Shown: positions 11,800 through 24,453 of the stretch, piece by piece | Position numbering within the stretch: position 1 is the first letter of the stretch | How the letters are laid out: each line of letters opens with the position of its first letter | Assembly: GCF_009914755.1 (NCBI RefSeq) | Contig: NC_060925.1 | DNA length: 64,000 nucleotides | DNA from: the human T2T-CHM13v2.0 reference genome, Homo sapiens | Reading direction: 5' to 3' (one strand) | Program-made: the position numbers and the translations under genes | The notes under the pieces: generated by a model | The model's input: the letters and a program-made list of their open reading frames with translations, nothing else | Told to the model about the DNA's origin: nothing | Databases searched by the model: none

Positions 11800-11801
<2 letters not shown>

Positions 11802-11851
<50 letters not shown>

Positions 11852-11853
11852 GT
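11802..11853. repeat. (GT)n microsatellite
   Basis: About 19 pure GT units followed by interrupted units. Confidence 0.95.
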
Positions 11854-12029
11854 ACTCTTCCTTGTTTTCCAGCATCACTGGAGATTTACTCTTTAAAACA
11901 ACACACAGTGAAACAGTATCTCCTGTAAATTCCTGTAAGGACTTGGTAAGCAAGGGGATGATGGGCACATATGGTCTTCTGCCATCTTCATGACACTTCA
12001 TCTTACTGACATTCTCTATTTCTCCAACA

Positions 12030-12500
12030 CAACAAACCATCTTTAGTTCATTTTTCATGCTGCTATAATTTTGTACCTAAATGCCAATACGATCATGTTA
12101 TTTACTTGCTCAAAAAATCTTTGAAGGCTCATAATTGCCTATGGCCAAATGTCTAAACTCCCCAGTGTGGCATTCAAGGTCCTCCCCATTCTTGCCTAAA
12201 TCTACCTCACTCACACCTGCCTTGAAAGCTTACACATCCCAGTGAAAACACTGTTTCCTCTATAAAAGCAAATTAAGCCTTCCCAATCAGAGTAATCCTT
12301 GCTTCTTCAATGTTCCTACAGTAGTTTACACTTCCAATATAGGCCTTCTTGACTTGCAATTTATATAGTTGTTTTGTGAGCCTATTTTAGTAAGATCCCA
12401 TTAGATTTCAATCCCTGAACACAATATAAAACTTCCCTTATATTCTGTATCTTACTAATGAACACACAGTAAATGTTTGGTAAATATTTGTTGACTGATA
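12030..12500 (+). mobile_element. L2 3' fragment
   Basis: gatcatgttatttacttgctc...ggcattcaaggtcctcc...taaatatttgttgactga tail. Confidence 0.6.
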
Positions 12501-12559
12501 TAAAATGACAGTACTTCTATTCAGAGTGTCAGGATGGAGTAGCAAATAAGGGTGGGGGC

Positions 12560-12700
12560 TGTGGAAAAAGGCTCTCTGGATTTGAATTTTGCCTCTGCCA
12601 CTTAACAGTTGTGTGACCACACCACATTATTTAACCTCTCTATGCCTGCTTTAATGTTCTTATTTGTAAGACAAGGATAAAATAGAATCTGTCTTAAGGA
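12560..12700 (+). mobile_element. MIR
   Basis: ggatttgaattttgcctctgccacttaacagttgtgtgacc...ttatttaacctctctatgcct. Confidence 0.7.
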
Positions 12701-13973
12701 GATTAAGACAATTCTTAAAGAGACAGAAAGGTATGTTTTGACAAATATCAAAGATAATCTAACCAAATATTATATTATCTTTAAATAAATATATAACATC
12801 TCTTAAGAGTTGTAATCGTCATAGTTTTAGAATAAAGGTATAAGTTTAGATTAGATCATAAGCTAATTATGACCTATTATTATCCATTAATAAACCTCAG
12901 AAAACATGAAGTATTTTTACTGATATAAAATGTTTTATTTAGGTAAATGATAACAATGAAACTTAAAGATATAAAACAATAGGTATTTTCTTCATATCTG
13001 CTCTTAAAATCTAGGCTTTCATGTTAGATCCTCTTTAAAAAAGGTATTGATAAATTAATTTTAGTTTTGATTAGTATAAAATATCACATATGCTTATAAA
13101 GTAAAAAATATTGAAATACTAAAAAATACAAAAATATTAAAAAATACTAAAAGTGAGAGTGAAATAATAACAGCACTTCCCCCCTCCATTTCCTGATGGA
13201 TTGTCCCTAATTTTTTCTAACAGATTTACATTCCTCTTGCTGCTTAAACTCTGGTGAAGACCATACTACCACGCATAGTTCCCCTCCCTTCAAGGAGCAG
13301 AAGCAATTATGAGATCATAAAAGCAACACAAAGTACCAACATATAATTTCATCTAATACCATAAATAATTCTTAAAAAGTTATTGCAGTATTTATAAATA
13401 ACAGGTTATGCTGAGAAAATCAGACTCATTAAAGAGCGATACTTATTTGTACTTGGAGGGTCAGCAGTCTTTCAAATTCCACAAAATTCCAGGCATATTC
13501 ATCCTCCCCTAAAACCTTGCATGCTGAGTCCCATCAAGTCAAATTCTTGGCTATGTTACAGCTCATCATAAGTACTAAAAATTCTGCTCAGGTAATCCTG
13601 CTGTGGGAGGAAGAATTCTGACTTATAGAATGACTTCTAAATCTAAGATATCAAAAAAATGCACCAAATATAGAATAGTGATTGGCAAAATACTGAAAAT
13701 AAAGAAGGGAATATTTATTTAATTATTCTATGGCTGTGTTATTGTAAAGAATGTCACTGTTTATTGAATAGGTCTATCAGATTGATAAAATATGTCTGGA
13801 CAAAGAATAACTTACTTCCATAATAAAGCCACTCAGTTTCAGTTCTCCACAACACAGAAGAGATATGTAAGAATTGAAAATGCCCTTCTATTTAAGAAAC
13901 AAATTAAACTAGAAAAAGATTTATGAAATTTACTAATTACAGAAAAAGATCAACTGTAGAATATATTCAGATA

Positions 13974-15152
13974 CAGTCATGCATTGCTTAACAACAGAGA
14001 TATAGTCTAAGAAATGCATCATTAGGTGATTTCCTCATTGTGTGAACATCATAGAGTGTACTTACACAAACCTAGATGATATAGCCTACTACACATCTAG
14101 GCTATATAATTTGCTACTAGGCTATAAACTTGTATAGCATGTTGCTATACTGAATATTGTAGGCAACTGTAACACAATGATAAATATTTGTGTATCTACA
14201 CATATCTAAACAGAAAAGGTACAGTAAAAATATGGTAAAAAATGATGTAGACCTATAGAGGGCACTTACCATGAATGGAGCTTGTAGGACTAGCAGTTGC
14301 TCTAGGTGAGTCCGTGAGTGAGTGGTGAGTGAGTGTGAGGGCCTAGGACATTACTGTATACTACTGCAGACTTTATAAAACACTGTACACTTGGGCTACA
14401 CTAAATTTATAAAAATATTTTTATTTCTTCAATAGTAAATTAACCTTAGCTTACTGTAACTATTTCACTTTATAAACTTCTAAGTATTTTTTAACTTTTT
14501 TTGACTCTTTTGTAATAACACAGCTTAAAACACAAACACATTGTACAGCTGTACAAAAATCTTTTCTTTCTTTACATCATTATTCTATAAGCTTTTTCTA
14601 TTTTTTAAGTTTTTTTTCTTTTGAAACCTTTCTGTTAAAAAGGAAGACACAAACACATGCATTAGCCTAGGCTTATGCAGGGTCAGAATCATCAAAATCA
14701 CTGTCTTCCACCTCCATATCTTGTCCCACTGGAAGGTCTTTAGGGACAATAACACACATAGAGCTGTCATCTCCTCTGATAAAATGCCTTGTTCTGGAAT
14801 ACCTCCTGAAGGACCTGCCTCAGGCTCTTTTACAGTTAACTTTTTTTCTAATAAGTAGAAAAAGTATACTCTAAAACAACGATAAAAAGTATAGTAAATA
14901 TGTAAACCAGTAACATAGTCATTTATTATCATTATCAAGTATTATGTACTATACATAATTTTATGTAGTATACTTTAATACAAGTGGCAGCACAGTAGGT
15001 TTATTTATGCCAACATCACCACAAACACGTGAGTAATGCATTGTGTGACTATCTCACAACAGCAATTTTTCAGCTCCATTATAATCTTATGGGATCAGCA
15101 TCCTATATGCAGTCAGGTGTTGATGGAAATATTGTTATGCAGTGCATGACTG
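13974..15152. mobile_element. Tigger3b (Golem-derived) DNA transposon, near full length
   Basis: TIRs CAGTCATGCATTGCTTAAC... / ...GTTATGCAGTGCATGACTG with TA on both sides, about 1.18 kb. Confidence 0.9.
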
Positions 15153-16988
15153 TAATGAGTAGCATATGGTGGTTTATCACGAGGTCACTAGTCTAATTCC
15201 AGGAAAATCTAAGTACAAGGAAAAAAATATTCTCTGGACTACAGGATAACTATGTTAGCAGTGATATACATATATGGATAAACATTAAAAGAGGAGCTAG
15301 TATAGCTCAAGTCCTAGTAACCCTAAAACAGCTGTGAAACAATGTTACAATCATTGTCCTCCTTTCACAGGCAATGAGGGTAATAAAACTTAATATCAAA
15401 TGCCAGTGAGGGGACCACTATAACTAAAACAGCAAATATTTTCATTTCTATCCATTACTAGTATTCTTCTGCAACAAGTCTTGTAATACTAAACAGCACA
15501 TGCTAAGTGCTCTCTTGACTCCTCCGGCACTTCAAAAATATCTTACCAAAACTGACCCATCAAACAGCTTTTCCCAGTAGTATGCAACTTTGTACTAATA
15601 CAGTTATGCAGTTTTATATTCCTGGGAGATAAGCAATGTCAGATGAATTCAAACTAAAATGAGATAATGAAAGATGGGGAAGGAATTGGAAGTAGAAAAG
15701 GAAGCCAGGGAGAGACCCAGAGGCTACTTTCTGCTAAGTCTAAGGATCCTTCTAGAACCTATGCATAGGCTTTAGAAAGAGTAATTGCAAAATTAAACTC
15801 AACTACTTATTTATATAATACTAATCTCATTGAGTGAGCCACCTGCAGGTTCACAGTAAATACACTTATTGGCACTGGAAAATACATAAATTGTTTGTAT
15901 ATGAGGAATCACTAAAACATCAGGCTTGTGGACTCTGACAGGCTTCACATCTCACTTTTCATTAGATAAAAAATAGCTGTAATGTAAATTTATAGAACCT
16001 GAAGAGGGTCACAATTAAATGTTATTTCAGGTGAAATATTTAGATAATTCAATCCTGTCTTTTTCATTAGGTTTCAATAGACCACATGGCATCGTAACTA
16101 TTGCCTCTTACTGATCTGTTTGCTGTTTCAGCCAACAATAGGAACTGGCTGAAGTGAAAATGAAGTCTTATTTGACACAGGTGTTACTTTTAAAAGTAAA
16201 AATTATGATCTCTTGGTTCTTTTTTAAAAGAATTGGGCATTCTTCAGAAGGATGAGCTCAACTAAAAAAGAAGAGTCAGAAAAATCTCTTAACTCACTTT
16301 TATATAAATTACTTAGTATTTTAGCAAAAACTACAAAGATTCACATATACAACTAAAATTTAAGAACATAAACATTAGCATAGAGGATTGGGTTTTTTGG
16401 TAAATATTTTCCTATTTCTTTTTTTCTAAATACATTTTAAGACATTTAACCTTTAATGTATACTCACATTACTACTAAAAAATTTAAGAGGCATTCTTTT
16501 ATTTTAACACCCTGGACCTGAAAGCAAGAGAGGCATTCTTAATATCTCCCCGCAAAAGAATCGTTCCACATTCTACTCCATCCCTATAACATAATTACTA
16601 TCCAGTCTTGCTTTACTATTTTAAAGAATCCTACAATTCAATGCTCAGAAACTTCCTCAAAGGAATAAAATAATGAAATAGCTGGGACCCACTCTTGGCA
16701 CTTCTAACATCCAATTCTTGGCAAATCCTGTCAATACAACTACTAATATATACCCTGTATCAGTCGGCTTCTATATCCACTCTAGCACCATATTCTCCTG
16801 CCTAGAATATTGGGCTTTTAGATTTTATACTTGCTGGTCTATCTGGTTTCCTAGATACCTCTACTCCTAGTAAACATATTGTCCAAAAAGCAGTTAGAAT
16901 AAGCTTTAAAAAAACATAAGTTGAATCATACCACTTTCCTGCCGAAGAATCTCTGATGCTTTCATTAAGAGAAAATGCAAAATTCTTG

Positions 16989-17115
16989 GGCTGGGTGTGG
17001 TGGCTCATCCCTATAACCCCAGCACTTTGGGAGGCTAAGGTGGAAGGATCATTTGAGGCCAGGTGTTCAAGATCATCGTGGCCAACACAGCAAGACCCTG
17101 TCTCTTAAAGAAAAA
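16989..17115 (+). mobile_element. FLAM / Alu left monomer
   Basis: ggctgggtgtggtggctc...gaccctgtctct followed by a short A tail. Confidence 0.85.
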
Positions 17116-17183
17116 CTTCTCAACATAACCTATAGTCCTGCATGCTCTGGCTCCTGCTTAACTCTCCAACCCCACCTGAAATG

Positions 17184-17247
17184 AACTAGTCACATCAACC
17201 CCTTCCAACTTTTCAAACTAGTCACATCAACCCCTTCCAACTTTTCA
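17184..17247. repeat. Perfect 2 x 32-bp tandem duplication
   Basis: AACTAGTCACATCAACCCCTTCCAACTTTTCA at 17184-17215 and 17216-17247. Confidence 0.95.
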
Positions 17248-17315
17248 AAGGCACCAAGCTCTTTCCTACCTCAAGCATGAAAACACACAGTATTTCCCTT
17301 GGCTCAGCAATTCTC

Positions 17316-17622
17316 TTTTTTTGTTTTTTGTTTTTTTTGAGACAGAGTCTAGCTCTGTCGCCCAGGCTGGAGTGCAGTGGCGTGATCGCGGCTCACTGCA
17401 AGCTCCGCCTCCCAGGTTCACACCATTCTCCTGCCTCAGCCTCCTGAGCAGCTAGGACTACAGGCGCCCGCCACCACACCCAGCTAATTTTTTTTTGTAT
17501 TTTTAGTAGAGACGAGGTTTCACCGTGTTAGCCAGGATGGTCTTGATCTCCTAACCTCAGGATCTGCCCGCCTCGGCCTCCAAAAGTGCTGGGATTACAG
17601 GCGTGAGCCACCGTGCCCAGCC
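17316..17622 (-). mobile_element. AluY
   Basis: Y-type GCAAGCTCCGCCTCCC, TTCACACCATTCTCC, TTAGCCAGGATGGTC. Confidence 0.93.
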
Positions 17623-17679
17623 TCTCCTCTTTCTTAATAATTGCCTTACAAATGGCTTACAATAAGCAACAGAAATCAG

Positions 17680-18141
17680 ATGTGATCGATTCTACAGAGT
17701 GACTCTCTCAACTCTTTATTCTATCCTCCTTCTAGATGGAAATTAGAAATCTAAAAACTACATTCCCCAGACACATTTTTGGCTAGAATTCTTGCGATGT
17801 GGAAGTCCTAAATGAGATTTGGAAGACAGGACAAAGCAGAAGCTACCTTCTTGCTAATGTTGCTACAGGCAGACAAGGTAGGAGACACAAGTGTTTGAGT
17901 TGTGGCAGACTCAATGCCTAAGTCACTGCCATGGTAGTAGCAGTGGAGGCAGCAGCAACTTCAGGATTCTAGGTATGGGAAGGTACTCTTGAAATCAATA
18001 GCTCCAGTGGCAACTCCTGACTTAAGGCCCTGCAACACTTAAGAAACTTAAGTTCGTAAATAGCTACTTCCTTGAATCGAACTCCTTTAAAAAACATCCC
18101 TAAGCTGGTTTCTGTTTCTTGAGCTGAACTCTCAGTGATAT
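17680..18141 (+). mobile_element. LTR33-like (ERVL) LTR
   Basis: ctaaaaactacattccccagac...gagatttggaag...ctggtttctgtttcttgagctgaactctcagtgata. Confidence 0.6.
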
Positions 18142-18291
18142 TCTGAGGCTCCATCTTTCTTCCTCATCTCTACAGAAAGCTGTTTTCCCTGTTCCCACTT
18201 AGTAAGTACCTTTTTGCTATCTGGTTTTCAGCTTTACTGCTCTATTGAAATTGCTCCCTCCAAAGTCACCTATAATCAATTAGACTTCTAG

Positions 18292-18628
<337 letters not shown>

Positions 18629-18661
18629 TTATAAAAGTACCATCAGAAATAATGGATCTAA

Positions 18662-19485
18662 TACATGTGGCCAAAAAACATATGAAATAAAGCTCAGCAT
18701 CACTGATCATTAGAGAAATGCAAATCAAAACCACAATGTGATACCATCTCACACCAGTCAGAATGGCTATTATTAAAAAGTCAAAAAACAACAGATGCTG
18801 GTGAGGTTGCAGAGAAATAGGAATGCTTTTACACTGTTGGTGGGAATGTAAATTAGTTCAACCATTGTGGAAGACAGTGTGGTGATTCCTCAAAGACCTA
18901 GAGGCAGAAATACCGTTTGACCCAGCAATCCCATTACTGGGTATATACTCAAAGGAATATAAACTGTTCTATTATAAAGACATATGCACCTGTATGTTCA
19001 TTGCAACACTATTCACAATAGCAAAGACATAGAATCAACCTAAATGCCCATCAATTATAGACTGGATAAAGAAAATGTACATATACACCATGGAATACTA
19101 TGCAGCCATAAAAAGGAACAAGATCATGTCCATTGCAGAAACATGGATGGAGCTGGAGGCCATTATCCTTAGCAAACTAACGCAGGAATAGAAAATCAAA
19201 TACCCGCATGTTCTCATTTATAAGTGAGAGCTAAATGATGAAAACACAGGGACACATGGAGGGGAGGAGGGGAGCAACACACACTGGGGCCTGTCAGAGG
19301 ACCAGGGGTGGGAGGAGGGAGAAGATCAGGAAGAATAGCTAGTGGATGCTGGATTTAATTCCTGGGTGGTGGGATGATCTGTGCAGCAAACCACCACGGA
19401 ACACATTTACCCATGTAACATGAACATTTACCCCTGAACTTAAAATAAAAGTTGGAAAAAAAAAAAAGGCATGTCAGTCAAAGAA
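18662..19485 (+). mobile_element. L1PA (about PA13-like) 3' end
   Basis: ORF2 C-terminus (gaaatgcaaatcaaaaccacaatg), 3' UTR and poly(A). 17-bp TSD AGAAAYAATGGRTCTAA at 18645-18661 and 19486-19502. Confidence 0.92.
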
Positions 19486-20112
19486 AGAAACAATGGGTCT
19501 AACAAACTGATCTTAGTACAGTTATATCCAATTTATAAAATAACATAGAGATTTTATAAAATTTAGGTTTATTTGTCCTAGAGTAGCAACATTAGTCTCA
19601 GCAGTTAGTAGAAAGATTTTGGTGCCTTTAAAGGCCTAGCTTCAGCGTTATCTGGCTGAATTAATTAAGATAATGCCCATAAAATGTCTAATGGTGTCTG
19701 GCCAAACTGGAGGCATTTAGTAGATATAATCATTGTCTTCATAGTATTATAAATAAACTCATAGCTAACAATGAGGCACTTATATAGTACTTGTGTTTTT
19801 AAAAGCATGTACTATTTCACAGGAATCCCACAAATCCCCTTGTCAGCACAATTGCTGACGAGGCAGACAGTTTTTGCCTTTTACAGATATGGGTAACTTG
19901 GTTCTACGGACAGTCTCAGACCTCCTATCCAGCAATGAAGAAAGAGTATATCCAAAGATCCAACCACTTGGGGCAAACTCTCTTTAAAGGTTAATTTCCT
20001 AAACTGCCGCATGTCTTCTATGATTCCCTTTAAAGTTGCAGTAAGCAGCTAAGATTCCAGACCAAGGTGAGCATTTTTTGAAACCATCTAATCTTCTCCT
20101 ATAATTACCAAT

Positions 20113-20418
20113 AGCAATGTTGTCAAAAAGAAATGTAATGTGAGCCACCTATGTAATTTAAAATTGTCTAGTGGCCACATTAATAAGAAGTGAAATTAAT
20201 TTTAACAAAATAATTTATTTAACCCTATATATTCAAAATACTATTTCAGTAGGTAATTAATAAAAATTATTAATGAGCTTTTTTACATTCTTAATTTATG
20301 CTAAATTTTCAAGTCCTGGGTGTGTATTTTGTGTATAATACATCTCAGTTAGAACCAGCCATGTTTCAGGTGCTGGAGAGCTATATGTGGCTAATGGCCA
20401 TCATATTGGACAGTAGAG
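20113..20418 (+). mobile_element. MER33 (hAT-Charlie)
   Basis: gtaatgtgagccacctatgtaatttaaaattgtctagtggccacatt...tgtggctaatggccatcatattggacag. Confidence 0.75.
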
Positions 20419-20607
20419 ACCTAGAGAATAGTAGCTCTCTCCCAGGACCGAGGTTTAACTTCTGAGCAACATTCTACATTAAGGGCTGAGCCAAGACTAA
20501 TAATATCTGCAGTATTAACCTCTCTCATGCTAATGGAAACCTTGAACATAAGCTTGAGGGCAGTCAATCTAACCATATTTCTCATGCTGCCATCCTAGGC
20601 TATAATC

Positions 20608-20615
20608 CTATCTAT

Positions 20616-20664
<49 letters not shown>

Positions 20665-20686
20665 ATCTATCTACCTACCTATCTAT
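20608..20686. repeat. (CTAT)n / GATA-type tetranucleotide STR
   Basis: About 12 uninterrupted TATC units plus variant units. Confidence 0.95.
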
Positions 20687-20856
20687 AATTTATCATGTCT
20701 GTTGCCCACTTATCCTCCACAGCTGGCATTGCCAATGTTCGTCATTATCCTCAAGGCTCCATCCTCAATTACATGTTTTCTCTCAGCAACTTTGTTTCCT
20801 GCTTCACAGAAAAAAAAATTAAGACTGATATCAAGAGATTCAGCTCCCTCAAATTC

Positions 20857-20858
<2 letters not shown>

Positions 20859-20897
<39 letters not shown>

Positions 20898-20905
20898 CAC
20901 ACACA
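20859..20905. repeat. (CA)n microsatellite
   Basis: (AC)16 followed by ATATAT(AC)n. Confidence 0.95.
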
Positions 20906-21563
20906 TTATCCTTCCCTTCCCCCTTTCCATTCAGTGCCAAAGAAAGTGCCATTTCTTCTTCTTTTGATAATTAACCCTCCCATCTCTTTGCAACTCTAGG
21001 TCAGGAAACTTCCTTCATTATAATTACCTTTCGCCTGTGTTTTCAACCTTTCTCTTTTCAAGTTTATTTTATGCATCCTATCAAAATGCTCATGTCTCTC
21101 CCATCACTTAACAAATAGACAATTTTAATTACTGTCCTACCTCTTCCCCTCCTTTTTAGAAGTCTTAATAAGCTCCACTTTCATTTACTCTTCAGCCTTT
21201 TGCCTCACAACACTATCTAAACCGCTTTGGCAAAGGACACTGATATTCTCCTAATTGCCCATAGATTCTCTCAATTTGTGACTTGTCTTCAGCATTTATT
21301 ACTCTGGACCATTCCATTATTCCTGAAGCCCTCCATTTACTCAGCCCACATGATACCACAGTCCAGGATCTCCTCCTGACTGTTCCTCTCAGGCTCCTTT
21401 ATTTCCACCTTCCTACTGCCTAGGGTCCACTCCATATTCTCCTCTTATCTTCTGGCTCTCCCTGGGCAATTTCATTCACTACTATCATATATCTTTAGAC
21501 GACTCTTTAACTACTGCCCAGTTCTCTTTTCTGAGTTGCAGGCTGGACTATACAACTGCCTAA

Positions 21564-21807
21564 TGCTCACTGCAGCCTTGAACTCCTGGGCTCAAGTGAC
21601 CTTCCTGCCTCAGCTTCCAGAGTAGCTCGGACTACAGGTGCATGCCACCACAACTAGCTAATTTAAAAAAAAAAAAAAAAGCAACTCTGTAGAGATAAAG
21701 TCTTGCTGTATTAACCAGGCTAGTCTTGAAGTCCTGGCCTCAGAGATCTCCTGCCTTGGCCTCCCAAAGTGCTGGGATTACAGGCATGAGCTATAATGTG
21801 CCTGGCC
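21564..21807 (-). mobile_element. AluJ (3'-truncated)
   Basis: gctcactgcagccttgaactcctgggctcaagtga...gggattacaggcatgag...cctggcc. Confidence 0.88.
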
Positions 21808-23011
21808 CCCACAGGGCTCTTATACTCAGCTTGCACAAAACTAACCTCATTGTCTTCCTCCCAAAACTCCCCCTCTTCCTAAATTCCCTCTCGTCATAAA
21901 TGGCACCACTCTTACACCAAGTTACCTAGGCCAACAGCTTGGGAGTCATCCTAAGACTCCTCTCTCTCCCTTTTGGGCCCCCCATCTAATTTGTTACCAA
22001 GTCACACAGATTTTATTTCTTTAGCATAGCATTCTTTCCTTACTTTCCAAGTCTACTCCTACTATCACAGTTCACCTTCACATCTTGTTTAGGTTTTAGT
22101 GGTCTGCTAACAGGCTGCATTACCTCTACCATTAAAAATGTACTGTTTGTTTACCCTTCTGTCTTAACTCCTTAAAAACAAGGACTACAACCTTTTTATA
22201 TCCAACACACAGAATCCTCATGAAAGATTCATTGAATAAAATATTAATGATTTAGTGGATAAGTGAATGGATGAATGGAATGACTAACATGCTCAAATTT
22301 ATATACCCCATTAACTTTGTTAATGATAGGGTAGAGAAACTAGGCCTCTTGGTTACCAATAGTCTGGGCTCCTTAGGCTATATTAGATCCTTCAGAAGTG
22401 CCTATTTTAAGGAACCCCGAAGAACATCCTTTTGAAATCTAAGTAACCACCATTTATCTATTTTGTGAGGTGGTGGTTTTGTGTATCACATTTTCTCAAA
22501 CTAGGACACACCTGCCTGAGAATGGAAATGAGAACTCTAAGCTCTAATCCATAGCTCTGAAAGTAACTTGCTCTGTGACTTTGATTGAGGATAATATTAC
22601 TGTTTCATCACAGATATAAAATGCCATGTGACAAATATGTGGAATTGGACTAATCCACTAGAATAGCATTAAGTTTATAAGTGCATGCTCATAAATGACT
22701 TTTCCAGTTGAGATATTAAGACTATTCCCCAAAGAACTACTTAATCTTCTGGTGAATATCCATAGCATAGAAAAGACCAATTCACTCTAAACATGAGAGA
22801 TCACATATAATAAATAATCTTTCATCTTATGTTAGACATGTCTATTACTATTATATATTTTAAATATATACACCTCTATAAGCAATAACTCACATCTTTA
22901 TATATGATCTTGAGGCAAGACTCCCATTTATAAAGAAAAGAATAAACTCTGTTCACTATAGTTGCAAGTCAAGTATATTTTCTTGGTTACATATTTCTTA
23001 AGAAAAGCCCT

Positions 23012-23334
<323 letters not shown>

Positions 23335-24275
23335 TTATACTGTATTATCCTATTAATGAGAACATTTACTAAATCAGAATATGCCATTTCTTAGGTAATG
23401 TAAAGTTATTGCCTTCTGAAAGTATATTGTTTTTACTTCCCTAATACTTTATTGTAAAAAGATTTTTTTTTCTCATGGTCACATTATAATAGCTTTTTTG
23501 AAAAGAAAAACTTTTTATTAGGAGTTATATTCTAAAAGGTAACTTTAACTTTATCCTCCCCCAAAATTCATTTTTCTCTTCCTAATAGAATTGTAAACTG
23601 TGACTATGATCTTGAAACACACTTACATTGTTTTTAAAAAAAAAAACAAAATTCCATTTCCTCAGTCATTCTCTTCTAGGCTATCTGATCTCTGCTTTTC
23701 CCTGCAAACGTAGTGTTCAGAATGTATTATAAAAATGCAATTTTCTCTTGTACTATTGAAATGAAGCAATCTTTTAAAAAAATAAATAACTTTGAACTTC
23801 AACTAGTCTGTATAGTTAAGTATTTTAGAAAGTCACAGGAAAAGTAATTTCAAAACTGTCATTTGATAGTAACTGGAGTGAATGCTGGGCATCTCTAATC
23901 CTGGTCTTTTGACAGTACCTCAAACACAACATGTCCCAAATCAAAACAATTATCTTCCCCTATGATCCCTCCCTCTGCCTCTCCCTCTCAACTCAGTTTT
24001 TCTTCTTCAGTTTCTAGTAGTATCACTATTACCAAATGTTCAGGCTACATAATATAGGGCTATTTCCAACCATTTCATCCATTCCCAAAATCAATTGGTC
24101 ATTACCTAATTTGTTGATCTCATTTGTTAATCTGTCCCTCTACATATTCAATAAATATTTATTGATACCTATAATTTGTGAGGTACTGGGCTAGAAATAA
24201 GGAAATAAAAATAAGATGGTATTTTTATTCTAAATGGTCACAGTCTTATAAGAAGTCAGACATGTTAATAAACAG

Positions 24276-24453
24276 TCGGTGATGTGCTAGTAACTGTTTA
24301 ACAGTTTTCAAAAAACAACAATAAAAAACAGATTTGTATTGTTTGCTCATTTTCATGGTGTAAATATTCCTACCAAGGCAGAGCATAGAATTGGAAAGTG
24401 ATACTAACAATTAGATCTTGCAAGCTGGTGCAAGCTGACTTCAACACAACACT
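24276..24453. mobile_element. MER63-like hAT-Blackjack element
   Basis: cggtgatgtgctagtaactgtttaaca...catggtgtaaatattcctacca...gctggtgcaagctgacttcaacacaacact. Confidence 0.65.

Larger units (their letters stand above)
16600..17310 (+). mobile_element. L2 fragment (contains a FLAM and a 32-bp duplication)
   Basis: aacatccaattcttggcaaatcctgtcaat...gaatcataccactttcctg...aagctctttcctacctcaag. Confidence 0.55.
20770..22280 (+). mobile_element. L2 fragments (interrupted by AluJ)
   Basis: Pyrimidine-rich L2 ORF2/3' motifs ending in an aatggatgaatggaatga tail. Confidence 0.6.

Noticed and set aside
11582-12058. 158-aa and 102-aa ORFs with HT/VC repeats
   Set aside because: They are translations of the (GT)n microsatellite and A-tracts. 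The same applies to the ORFs at 20695-20974.
13457-13489. Minus-strand GAATTTTGTGGA...ACTGCTGACCCT (EFCG..ADP), resembling the end of the preceding NME7 exon (FREFCGPADP)
   Set aside because: It has a 9-nt interruption containing a stop, no upstream similarity and no donor site. Most likely a chance match rather than a duplicated exon.
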